Below are positions 13,263-25,239 of a DNA stretch of 64,000 nt, piece after piece. Below the pieces are notes generated by a model that had not been told where the DNA came from, ran no database searches, and saw only the letters and a list, made by a program, of their open reading frames with translations. Positions within the stretch are counted from its first letter, which is position 1, and every line of letters begins with the position of its first letter. The stretch spans positions 208,508,001 to 208,572,000 of the forward strand of contig NC_058368.1 in assembly GCF_018350175.1 (NCBI RefSeq). Direction: 5' to 3'. A program made the translations under genes and the position numbers. Source of the DNA: Felis catus. Its lineage: Eukaryota.

Positions 13263-13884
13263 CAAACATACCCTCATGTACACAGAGACACCCCTGGCCC
13301 ACATGAAAACCTCACATTCAGATTTATACAGATTTGGTTTGCCCATTTGACAAAAGAAAGTTTCCATTTCGTCTCTAACAAACAAGCTACATTTAAGGAA
13401 AAGTCATCCCATTCATATATGAAATATTCAGCTTTGGAGAAGTGCTCAGAATTGTCTGAAATATGAAACACTCATGAAATCGACCCTCAGTAGAATGCAC
13501 TGACAAATATATATACTAAACAGAAAAGACAGTATATTGTGTTCAAAGGATGACTTCATCAGATTCGGTATGCCATTTATGTTTCTTCATAATAGCCTTT
13601 CAGACATTTTCTCCCTACTAATTTGAAGGTTCGACATTATGAACTATCTAGTTTCTTCCTGCAAAAGGCTAAGTCAATTGTCCTGTCATTTTTTTTCTGA
13701 TTTATAAAATGGGAGTGCTAACAACCTCCTAGGAGCATAGCAGGGGTTAGGTGAGAGAATGCACACGAGTAGAGTATCGTCCCTGGCATATGACAAATAG
13801 ATGCTCAGTAACTACTGGCCTTATTGAATGGCCATAACAATGACTGGTATTGGACGAATGCACGTTCCTGAGATCATCCATTTT

Positions 13885-14091
13885 CTTCTTTTGGTTAAGT
13901 TTATTTATTTATTTTGAGAGAGAGCAAGTGGGGGGGGCGGCGAGAGAGAGGGAGAGAGAGGGCATCCCAAGCAGGCTCTGCACTGTCAGCACAGAGCCTG
14001 ACACAGGGCTCAAACTCACCAACTGTGAGATGGTGACCTGCGCCAAAGTCAAAAATCAGACGCTCAAGTGACTGAGCCACCCCGTCACCCC
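13885..14091 (-). mobile_element. Carnivore SINE
   Basis: Antisense SINE body and T-rich tail. Confidence 0.95.
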
Positions 14092-14481
14092 TTTTCTAAT
14101 TCTGTTTCCTCTGCCCTCTAGAAGCCCTGAGCAACCCATCTCTGCTCTGGATCACTCTCTGCTGCTCCTTGTATGTCCTTATCCAGGCAAATAACTTCCT
14201 TCAACTTCCACCCTCAATAATTTCCACGGCCCCACCCCAGATGCCTCTCCCACTCCTTCCTCTGGCTTCACATGAGCCACCCTCTAGCTCAGCACACATC
14301 ACACCATCTTGCTATTGCCCCATTACCTGGCTTGTCTCCTCCCATTTACTCATCATTGTATCTGCAGTGTCTACTGTAACCAACTCCTGACAGTCTTGAG
14401 AGATACATTCTGAGACTGTCATAAATGTCTAGATTTGTCAATAGTTTCCTTCTTTTCTTTATTTCTTTCTTTCGAACCTAA

Positions 14482-14683
14482 TTTTTTTTAAGTTTATTTA
14501 TTTTTTGAGAGAGAGAGAGACAGCCTGAATGGGAGAGGGACAGAGAGTGAGGGGGACAGAGGATCCGAAGCAGGGTCCATGCTGACAGCAGCAAGCCCGA
14601 TGCAGGGTTCGAAGTCACGAATCGTGAGATCATGACCTGAGCTGAAGTTGGACACTTAACCAACTGAGCCACCCAGGCACTCC
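14482..14683 (-). mobile_element. Carnivore SINE
   Basis: Antisense SINE body; ACCTAAT on both flanks. Confidence 0.95.
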
Positions 14684-14732
14684 AAGGACCTAATATTTTT
14701 AAGTTCAATGTCCATCATTAATTTTATTCAGA

Positions 14733-14950
14733 CAGCCTGAGTTCAAACCCTATCTCTACCACCTATAAGTGGAGACCTTGGGCAAGTCATTTCATCATCT
14801 GTTGCTTCAGTTTCCTCATTGGTTCCATAGGAATAACAATAGTGCCCATCTCAAAGGGTTGTTACATGAATTAAATGAATTAATACATTTTTTAAAAGTC
14901 CTTAGAACAGTGCCCATGACATATGAGGCATTATTAAGACTGACCTCCAA
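14733..14950 (+). mobile_element. MIR SINE
   Basis: Core GACCTTGGGCAAGTCATTT...CAGTTTCCTCAT. Confidence 0.85.
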
Positions 14951-15097
14951 CAAATGATCATGAGTGCCAACTTCCCAATAGGCACTGTGCCAGGCAGTGG
15001 GGGTGCAGCAGGGGAGGGAAAACAGATCATCCCTGCCCTGCTAGAGCCTGCAGCACCCTAGCAGATTTCCTCAGCCCTCCCTCAGAGATCCAGTTTC

Positions 15098-15325
15098 TTT
15101 TTTTTTTTTTTTTAATTTTTTTAACGTTTATTTATTTTTGAGACAGAGAGAGACAGAGTGTGAACAGGGGAGGGGCAGAGAGAGAGGGAGACACAGAATC
15201 TGAAACAGGCTCCAGGCTCTGAGCTGTCAGCACAGAGCCTGACGCGGGGCTCGAACTCACAGACCGTGAGATCATGACCTGAGCCGAAGTCGGACGCTTA
15301 ACCGACTGAGCCACCCAGGCACCCC
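15098..15325 (-). mobile_element. Feline SINE with 14-bp target-site duplication
   Basis: AGAGATCCAGTTTC at 15084-15097 and 15326-15339. Confidence 0.97.
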
Positions 15326-15371
15326 AGAGATCCAGTTTCAAATGTGCCACAGGGGTCCAGGAACTTGCATT

Positions 15372-15592
15372 TTTAAATATTTATTTATTTTGAGAGGGAG
15401 GGAGGGGGAGAGAAAGAGAGAGAGAGTCTGAGCAGGAGAGGGCAGAAAGAGAAGGAGAGAGAGAATTCCAAGCAGGTTCCGTGCTTTCAGCTCAGAGCCC
15501 GGCATGGGGCTGGATCTCACAAACTGTGAGATCATGACCTGAGTCGAAATCAAGAGTCAGATGCTTAACTGACTGAGCCACCCAGGCACCCC
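15372..15592 (-). mobile_element. Carnivore SINE with 13-bp target-site duplication
   Basis: AGGAACTTGCATT at 15359-15371 and 15594-15606. Confidence 0.97.
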
Positions 15593-18509
15593 TAGGAACT
15601 TGCATTGTTAATGCAGGTGGTGACTGAACCAAAATTTGAGAACTGAACACAAATCCAGTCTGGTATATGTACAAGATTTAAATTCCTACTTCAGCTCAAT
15701 CACAAATGGTTGTATACACTGAGCCTTTGGGAAGAGCCAGACCTTGGAAGACCAAGCACCTCAAGGACAGAGTCTGGCACACAGTGGGGGATGGAATTTC
15801 ATTTCTATGAAAGGTTTCAACACAGGTCTGTGTGTGGAGGGACGAGGAACAGGGAAGGCAGGGAAGTCTCTCCCAGTATTAATGGTCTCATGTTGATCTT
15901 TAGGAAGTGAGCAAGGACCACAAAACAGTTACGTTTTGGAATTGTCTGACCACCGTGTTCTTTCTTATCTCCCCCCCCCACCCCACCCCAAATATGAACT
16001 TGGAAACAAACACATTTGAGTTTGTCTGTAACATTAAGTAGATTGGTTGAAAATAGAAATAGATTCCAACAAGTTCTAGATACATTCGGGGCATACATCC
16101 ATAGTGAGGTGCTAATTTCTAGGGATGTTTAGGCCACTCTCCTCATCTTTACTTTGAAGAGATAGTGAAGCAGATTTGGCGGTCACTGCTCCTGTTCCTC
16201 ACAAATCTTCATTTTGTTGGGAGGTGCAAGGCACCTCCCAGACACAGCTGTAGCCTTTGAGGCATGAGCAGGAGCCTTGTGGGTGGGGCTTAAGAGAGGA
16301 CAAGCCCAGCAGGCTTGCACCTCTTACCTCTTTGCTCCTCCCAGGGCTTCCCACATACTTGGGCCTTGGTATCTTAAAGCCACTGAGCCAACGTCACTAA
16401 CCACTTACCTCCAGACTTCTTGAAAGTTGGGTAAAGTAAACGCCCCAGTTTGTGTAAGCTGTTTCTCGGGGGTAGGCTATATACCTACAGCCTAGGTAAG
16501 GGGGCGGGGCTGTTTCTTGTAACTGAACACATTACCTGATACAGATATCAGGAAATACACATCTTTGCTTTCCCGTAAACATCTTTGCTGCCATGACTGG
16601 TGATAAATACAGACCTTGAACTAAATGAGAATTTGACTCTGCATGTTGGGGAAAAAATAAAACAGTAAACTGTCTTTGTGGTTTTCCTTCAGGTCTTTAA
16701 AGTAGTTTATTACTCTCTCATTATTTTGATTATTATTTAAATTTTATTTAACAGAAATAACACTGCTGAAAAAAATCACACATTTTCTTCCATAAATTTA
16801 GGCATGAGAAAACCTTCAAATGGCACACAGCTTTAGAAACTATATAGCACCTATCCTTTTAAAATCACCGAATAGTAATTCTTTTATTGTCAAATTGAGG
16901 CTTAAAACAGGCAGCTACAGTTGAATATTTCAGGAAATATCCTGCCAAATTAACTTTCAGAAACTTTCTAGGCCAAAAGTCTGTGTAGCTAATGTGGTAA
17001 TAACCAGAGGCCACCATTTATCCCATCAAGTGACTGGTTTGTATCGAGCTGAAGGCCAGCTGAGGTTAATGAACCCCACCTGTGTCCTTAAGGACCCCTG
17101 TAAATCAACCTCAGGTGGGGGTCACTCATTAATGTAAAAGTATCCAGTAGGGATCAACTATTTCTCTCCTCCTGGGCAGTTGAGATGATGTTCACAAACA
17201 GTTTTGAGGTAATTCTGGAAACAATGTCATGCAATTTGGACAACAATTAAATTTATCTCCCCAGACACTGAATAGGATTGGATTCCAGGTTGAACTCTAA
17301 AATGAAGGAAAATAATTTTTACCTTACATTTAGGTATCTACAGAGCACCTCAGTATTGGGAATGAATAAATTCTAAACTAATTCTTTCCCATGTAGAAAA
17401 TTCAAATGCTGGTTCTTTCTATAAATCACATCTTCAAAGGCCCAACATCATTTTTCCTCTGCTAATTGCTATTATGAGACAATAAATTTCTTATAGGGAA
17501 ATAATGCAAATATAACTGCATGGCATATGTAGGCCACGTGTTCTAGCAAATCCATAAAAAATGTTTCATTTATATTTTTGATGAAAGGTACAACAATCTT
17601 CCAAGACCAGTAATCATTAATTTTGAAAACATAGGATTAATATGCGACTTATCTCAATACTGGAATAGGGCTCAGTAAATATCTGTCCAAGGAAGATATT
17701 TCTTTGTTTGTCAACAACAAATATTTAGTGAGTCCCTAATATGCTGGAATTTAAGTATCCTGTCTTCCCTGGCTTAAGTGGCATTTTATGTAATAATGTG
17801 AATGATATACATATGACAGTTAAAAAAATGTGTTACAGTTTAGGGTTTTCTAAAACAAAATACCCAAGATAAATTATTTTCAGGATCCAGAAGGACATTT
17901 TATAATAACAGAGAAAAGTGTAGACTTACAAGGAATTAGACCAGAAACTGTATAGCTATCAGACTCAAAGTCCATTTCTCCACCTCTCTGGGGTGATGTG
18001 GTCTCTCATTTCTGCCTTTGTCTGCACATCTGCAGCATTCTATTTTTCCCTTTCTGCAGACTAGCCTTTGATGCTTCTGCCTGAGACCCAATTTTGCATC
18101 AGGGTCTGGCCAGCATCATAGAATCCTAATTCTGGATTCTGGGAAAAGAAGATTTGATCGGTTCAAGCTAGGTCCCCCACTCATCCAATCAGCTTTGACA
18201 ACGAAGGAGAGTTTCTACAGTAAAGATATGCCATAGGGTCTGTCCCTATGGTGGTGAGGAGAGGTTCCCAGAGATAGGAGCATGGGTTGGGCAGTCACCT
18301 CCAAATTTTTTTCCAGTTGAACTGCGTAGAAAATATCTTTAGTTGTGGGCCTTAGTATAAAGATAACCATCTAATTCTGAACCTCACTCAACTTTGCAGA
18401 AACCTACCAGAACAAATTTCTCTCTCTTAGCTGGAAGAAAACTTGCAATTCATTCTTCCTCGGTCCTCTGAGAAAAACTAGCTTCATTGAGCATCACAGA
18501 GCATCTCAC

Positions 18510-18724
18510 TTTTTTTTCAATTTTTTTTAACATATTGAGAGACAGAGAGAGACAGAGCATGAGCAGGGAAGTAGCTGAGAGACGGGGAGACACAGAATGT
18601 GAAGCAGGCTCCAGGCTCTGAGCTGTCAGCACAGAGCCTGACACGGGGCTCAAACTCACAAACTGTGAGATCATGACCTGAGCCGAAGTCGGATTCTCAA
18701 CTGACTAGCCACCCAGGTGCCCCT
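18510..18724 (-). mobile_element. Carnivore SINE
   Basis: Antisense body; TCACTTTTTTTT on both flanks. Confidence 0.95.
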
Positions 18725-18827
18725 CACTTTTTTTTTTAAAGAATGTATTAAGAGGTGTGCATTCCTGGGAAGTCTTAGCTTCATTCAAGTTTTTTCCATG
18801 TGTTTTCCATGGGAGTTTCTTAGTGTT

Positions 18828-18829
18828 TC

Positions 18830-18881
<52 letters not shown>

Positions 18882-19060
18882 GAGAAAGAGAGAGCATGAG
18901 TGGGGTAGAGGCAGAGAGAGGGGGAGAGAGAGAATCTCAAGCAGGCTCTGTGTCATGAGTGCAGAGCCCAACATGAGACTCGAACTTGTGAACTGCAAGG
19001 TCATAACCTGAATGGAAACCAAAAGTTGGCCACTTAACCAAATGAGCTACCCATGTGCCT
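18828..19060 (-). mobile_element. Carnivore SINE with (TTTA)n-expanded tail
   Basis: (TTTA)n at about 18830-18880 followed by antisense SINE body. Confidence 0.95.
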
Positions 19061-19240
19061 TTCTTATTGTGGTTCTGTAGTTCTTCATCCTGAATTGTCT
19101 CCTAAAATATGTCACCCCACTTAGTCATGGGTACATTTGACACAATTTACATGACTGCACTGGCTTGGAAATCTGTCATCCCTATCATAACACAATCCTC
19201 AGAAACATTCCCACAATTCAAATTAAAGCCAAGAGCATAT

Positions 19241-19455
19241 AGGGCACTTGGATGGCTCAGTTGGTTAAACGTCTGACTCTTGATTTTGGCCCAGGTCATA
19301 ATCTCCTGATTTGTGAGATTCAGCCCCACATTGGGCTCTGCACTGACAGCATGGAGCCTGCTTGGAATTCTCTTCCTCCTTCTCTCTCTGCTTCTCCCCT
19401 GCTCACTCTCTATCTCTCTCAAAATAAATAGATAAACCTAAAAAAAAAAAACAAC
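19241..19455 (+). mobile_element. Carnivore SINE
   Basis: Head GGATGGCTCAGTTGGTTAA, A tail, AAGAGCATA on both flanks. Confidence 0.95.
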
Positions 19456-20055
19456 AAGAGCATACAAATTGCCCCATATTCTCATATCCAGATCAACAGT
19501 TTACGTCTATTTCAAATTCTCCAATATCATTTTCTGGAACCACCTCTTTGCCTTGTCTCAACCCCCTTCCTGTAATTGTTCCAAGATAACCCCAGTGACC
19601 TGCACGGTTTCACTCCAAGCCTTCTTCCTCTATAGGAGATCACGTCAAAACTTTTCTCTCATGGCTCCAATTTCTACAAACTAATTTCAGTGAAAAATTA
19701 TAAAGCTGATGAATACTAAAAGTGGAAATGCAGTTTATTAAATACACCTTCCCTCCCAGACATGAGAAACTGATTGAACTCTTCTATTCTCATCAGAGGA
19801 TGTTTATCGGATGAGGGCAACAGGCTTCCATTCTAGTGTTGTGACCCCACCTAGGGTCTCAGACTTTCTCAGTAGAGACAAAAACCTGCCCAGAATAAAA
19901 CCGAGTTTGCCTGTGTTTATTAAGAATACTATTTTATTTAGCTCTTCTAAAGTTCTTTTTCAAAACACACCACATAGATGATCTTGCTCTATCCTTACAA
20001 TTCTATGAATGAAGCAAATAATAATGAAGGGAAAATATTATACATCCCATTTTAT

Positions 20056-20262
20056 TTAAACATTTTTTAATGTTTATATATTTTTGAGAAAGAGAGTGTG
20101 AGCAGGGGAGGGAAAGAGAGAGAAGGAGACACAAATCCTAAGCAAGCGCCAGGCTCCACATTGTCAGCACAGAGCCCAACGTGGGGCTTGAACCCACAAA
20201 CCGTGAGATCACGACCTGAACCAAAGTCGGAGGCTTAATGGACAGAGCCACCAAGGCGCCCC
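20056..20262 (-). mobile_element. Carnivore SINE with 16-bp target-site duplication
   Basis: TATACATCCCATTTTA at 20039-20054 and 20263-20278. Confidence 0.97.
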
Positions 20263-21251
20263 TATACATCCCATTTTAAAGATGAACCAACCAGCACCTG
20301 AAATAACTAGCTTTGTGGCGCGGTCACAACCTTCCAAAGGAGCTTTGCCATGATCTGTAGAATGAAAGGGTGAACCGAGGGTTCCCTAAAGTCCTGTCCA
20401 GCACTATTTGACTTTTAATTAGTATTTTCTCAACAGAATGTACAGGTTAGTGATAGGGCTGAGGCGCAGTAGGGAGATTTCATAAGATCAATCAACAACA
20501 ACAACAACAAAAAAGGATGTTACAATTCCAGAGTTTGAGGTTGCCAAATTCGAGTTTCCATTTCTAAGGTTAGGACAATACTCAGAGTGGATTACAGAAG
20601 ACAGTGTAAATAATTCTGAGGGTAAAGCTCACTTTTCACTGGCAGAATCTTAGCAACAAGTGGAATATTTGAAGCAGAACAACAAAAAAAAAAGTTTATC
20701 TTTGAAGCTGCAAAATGGTCATGTTGAAAAATTCCATCCATTTTCCAGCCAAATGGCCCAAATAAAGTTACACATGCAGGTGCACCTGGAGTAATTTTTC
20801 AAAATGGAAAGGTTTTTTATACAAGTAACATAGTTTTCACAAAGATCCTCTTTGGATCATGGCTTATTGCCTGGGCCAGATTTAGCTCACAGGTCAGAGG
20901 CAAAACACTCTGAGCTCAGCATGGGACTGCTGAAATTCTGCTCTCCAGTGTGTGCTTGAGCTGCAGTGGATGCTTACCCTCTGCGGTGCAAAGGCCCAAC
21001 CACTCGGGGACATTGAGCCTCTTGGTTCAGGAAGCCTTTCACCAGATAACTTACTCTCTTAGACCAGCTGTGAACATGGCATTGCTTGGCAGAATCTTTA
21101 ACCCTTCATTAAATAAAAACCCTGGCCCAACTACACGGCTCCACCTAGATCAGTATTTCTAATTTGGAGGGTCTGCCCTTGTGATATTTTATTATGGGCT
21201 TATGATTAAAATTCCTATTTATATTTTCTGTCCAGAGTGTCTTAAAAAAAA

Positions 21252-21892
21252 GACTTATTGTGATATAATTTGCACATCATAAAATTCACCAATTTAAAGT
21301 GTAATGGTCTTTAGCATGTTCAGTGTTGTGCAACCATCACCATAATCTAATGCTAGAAGATTTCCATCATTTCCAGAAGAAACTGCATATCCACAAACTG
21401 TCACTCTTCACCCCCAAGCAATCACTGGTCCACTCTATGGATCTCTGTCTTAGTACAGCTGCCTACATAATACACGGTCTTATGTAACTGGCTTCTTTAA
21501 GTAGCACAGTGTTTTAAAGGTTCATCCATACTGTACATGTATCAGTACTTCATTCATTTTTGTTGCTGAATAATATTCCACAGTATACCACATTTTGTCT
21601 CTCCATTCATCATCTAATGTACATTTGGGTCATTTCCACTTTGGGACTATTGTAAATAATGTTACTATGAACATTCACATGCAAGGCTTTGTGCAAACGT
21701 ATCTTTTTATTTATCTTGGGTAGATAACCCGGAGTGGAATTGTTGCATTATATGGTAACTCTATGATTAACATTTTGAGGACCTGCCATCTGTTTTTCCA
21801 TGGCACCTTCGCCATTTTATATTCCCACCAATGATATAGGAGGTGCTGATTTTTCCACATCCTTGCCAACACTCATCATTGTCCGTGTTATC
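21252..21892 (-). mobile_element. Ancient L1M (L1MB/ME-like) 3' region
   Basis: Antisense L1 text: TTGTGCAACCATCACC...GCTGAATAATATTCCA...GAGTGGAATTG...CCACATCCTTGCCAACACT. Confidence 0.85.
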
Positions 21893-22330
21893 CATGGTGT
21901 CTTCATACCAATGGCATGACTCTCCCAGTTGGTTCTTCGTTGTAGTTGTGGTAACTCTGGAAGATAACTGTCCATCTCTTTGATAGAATCTCTTTTGGGA
22001 CTCCCAGAGTGTCTATTTTGTGTAGACTAGTTAGCTCACCCCAAACATACCAGAAAAAAGATTCTGTATCATTTTTGCATGATATGAGAACAACAATTAA
22101 ATTCATTGATGTAGTTAGGTTTTAACCATTTAATGCCTTCTTGGTCTCCTTCTCTCTAGGGTCCCATGACTCAGAGATCCAAGCACAGGCAGAGACCAGA
22201 TCATCTAGCCAAAAGAAAAGTTTCAGACTTCTCGAAAATCTTAGTTAACTCAGAAACTCACAATACAATCACTACTTATTATTTTGATATTTGATACTAC
22301 TAACTGGTATTTACTTTTTAAAAAGAAATA

Positions 22331-22940
22331 GCTCTGCACAGTGAAGGAAACAATCAACAAAACTAAAAGGCAACTGATGGAATGGGAGAAGAAATTTGCA
22401 AATGACATTGATAAAGGGTTAGTATCCAAAATCTATAAAGAACTCATCAAACTCGACACCCAAAAAACAAATAATCCAGTGAAGAGATGGGCAAAAGACA
22501 TGAACAGACACTCTTCCAAAGAAGACATCCAGATGGCTAACAGACACACGAAAAGATGCTCAACATCATTTATCAGTGAAATACAAATCAAAACCACGAT
22601 GAGATACCACCTCGCACCTGTCAGAATGGCTAAAATTAACAACTCAGGAAACAACAGATGTTGCCAAAGATGCAGAGAAAGGGGAACACTTTTGTACTGC
22701 TGGTGGGAATGCAAACTAGGGCAGCCACTCTGGAAAACAGTATGGAGGTTCCTCAAAAAATTAAAAATAGAGCTACCCTACAACCCAGCAATTGTACTAC
22801 TAGGTATTTATCTAAAGGATACAAAAATGCTGATTCAAAGGGGCACATGCACCCCAATGTTTATAGCAGCACTATCGACAATAGCCAAATTATGGAAAGA
22901 GCCCAAATGTCCATTGATTGACAAATGGATAAAGATTATG

Positions 22941-22979
<39 letters not shown>

Positions 22980-23343
22980 ACATTTCCATTCATCAAAAAG
23001 AATGAAATCCTTCCATTTGCAACAACATGGATGGAATTAGAATGTATTACGCTAAGCAAAATAAGTCAATCAAAGAAAGATAAATATATGATTTCACTCA
23101 TATGTGGGATTTAAGAAACACAACAGATGAACATAGGGGAATGGAAGGAAAACTAAGAGGGGGGAGGCAAACCATAAGAAATTGTTAAATACAGAACAAA
23201 CTGAGGGTTGCTGGAGTGTGCTGGGTTGGGGGATGGGCTAAATGGGTGATGGGTACTAAGTAGGGGACTTGTAAGGATGAGCACTGGGTGTTATATGTAA
23301 GTGATGAATCACTAAATTCTACTCCTGAAAACAAAACAAAAAG
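22331..23343 (+). mobile_element. 5'-truncated carnivore L1 (ORF2 C-terminus plus 3' UTR)
   Basis: ORF 22341-23114 translates to the L1 ORF2 C-terminal domain (WEKKFAN, cysteine-rich CxxC...[19 protein letters not shown]); G-rich 3' UTR and A-rich tail. Confidence 0.95.
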
Positions 23344-24945
23344 GATATAATCCAAAGACCGTAAAGCATCAGTTCTCAAAAGGATGCCTGTGAACTACCT
23401 GGGAAGAGAAATGGCTTGCTAATTATGCGATGTCCTGGCCCAGTACAAAGCTATCATATTGGAATCCCTTGAAATGGAATCAAGGAATATGCAGTTATAA
23501 GAAGAGGTGAGTCTGGTGTGCCTGAATAACTTAATAATCTCTGCAACCAACCCTGAAGTATGTGTCTGAGCCTGGCCATCCTCTAGAGAAGAGTGGAAGA
23601 GCTCAGGTCCACATGCCCCAGACGTTGTTTGCATGGATACCGCAGTAGGATAGTAGGGAGGCTGAATGGAGAAATTCTTACTAAGGAGAATCTTAGAGGC
23701 AAGACCCCTTAACTTATTTGAGGTGGGGTGGGGAATATACACTATACCAAATTGAAGGCTTGGGACTATTGTGTCCGTGTCACTGAGCTGAGCCCCTTCA
23801 AGAGGACTTGAATGCCAGTCCTCTCGGCGAAGTGGAAATGAAAGACCCACCATGTGAGACATGGGTCCTGGGTGGAGGGGCCAAGAGGACAGCTGAGATG
23901 CTGGAGTGGAGAGAATAATTAGGGTGATTCTGCCAACTCGGCTCTTCAGGTAGAGCAGTGCGGACAACCTCTGGCACAGTGGGGGAGCGGAATCTGGGTA
24001 TTTCCCAGGGATTTATTTCCCAGTTCCCAATAGAGAGAGGCTTTCAAGAGTGGTAGCCTCAGAATTAGCCAGAAGAATCTCACCCAGTGGGCCACAGCTA
24101 TTTCTCCAAAGTATCCTTCCCCACAGATGGCAGGTGGCAACGAGGTAGCTACTCCCGGTAGAGGGAAGCCTGGGAAGGGCTGTGGTGGGGGACAGAAAGC
24201 AGCGGGCAGCCATTACCAGGAGAACAAGGTCTCCAAAGCCCACGGCTGCCAGTGCCTGCAGCAGCAATAGGGATGATAATGGCTATTCCTCACATCGGAG
24301 AAGGAACACCTCCTTTACCTGAATCCCACCCAGCAGCTGCAGTCAAGCGTGGGTTCACAGTCCAAAGGGCTGGTCCAAGGCAGGAGGAGCCAGTAAGGTG
24401 ACTCTGAGCTAAAGTCCCATAGGGGACCCTGATGAAGCCTGCAGGTCAAGTCCTCAAAGGGATGGTGTGGAATCACAGACAGACTCAGAAAGCAGATGCC
24501 ATCTGGATTGAAACAAATATTGATCCCAGGTGGTAACTGGGTACTGTTAAGGAGTGGGCACCTTTATCCACTGGCAGGTGAGGGCACAGAGTCAGGGGAC
24601 ATACGGACAGGCTGGGAGCTTATGCTCTCTGTGCTTCCTGGGACTGGTCTACGGTAAAGGCTTGCTCTGAGGAGAGAAATCCGGACCGAGTTTTTTCCGG
24701 GGCCTGACACATTTCACTCACCAAGGAGTGAGCCTGAGCCTTTCTGGTTCTCTCTGGAAGGAGCTGGAAAAAGACACCTGGGGGTCAGGAAAGGAGTTCT
24801 CAAACTACTAGTATCTGGGGTTGTCAGTCCCTAGAAGCCCAGGGGTGTGCTACTGACTGTTCACCTTTTGAATTCCCCACTAGGGTTTTAAGTGTAAACC
24901 TAGTGAGTTTATTGTCTGGAAGATTCCCAAACAGTCTACACTCAG

Positions 24946-24998
24946 CGCACGCGCACGCGCACACGCACACGCGCACACACACACACACACACACACAC
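24946..24998. repeat. Mixed (GC/CA)n alternating purine-pyrimidine tract
   Basis: GCGCACGCGCACGCGCACACGCACACGCGC followed by (CA)n. Confidence 0.95.
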
Positions 24999-25239
24999 TC
25001 AGACATACACATAATCAAATACACATAGATTACAAATGCTGCTCTAGAGAATTTAGAAAAGAGTCGATGCCAATCTGTCTGAATCTGCCCTGAGAGAAGA
25101 TTCTTTTTCAGCCAGGAGACAAAGAGACGAAGGCAGCTTTGTCCTCAGCAAGGCTGGTGTAGGCTGGGATACTACAACTCTCTGGGCTGGAAACCTCGAG
25201 AGATCAGGTTCCCTCACCAAAGTCGAAGTATTTCCTGGT

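Noticed and set aside
12954..13385. Recurring ORFs such as GAPGWRSQLSVRLQPGHDLAVREFEPRVG (also near 32.1 and 46.2 kb)
   Set aside because: They are translations of the same young SINE, not a gene family.
22341..23114. Longest ORF (257 aa) as a host gene
   Set aside because: It is the C-terminal part of L1 ORF2 in a 5'-truncated element, with no promoter, EN or RT domain.
24368..24390. GGCTGGTCC resembling a Y RNA 5' end
   Set aside because: Similarity ends after about 9 nt, with no complementary 3' stem or oligo-T terminator.
24428..24470. CTGATGA as a hammerhead ribozyme core
   Set aside because: No stem II followed by GAAA and no flanking complementary stems are visible.
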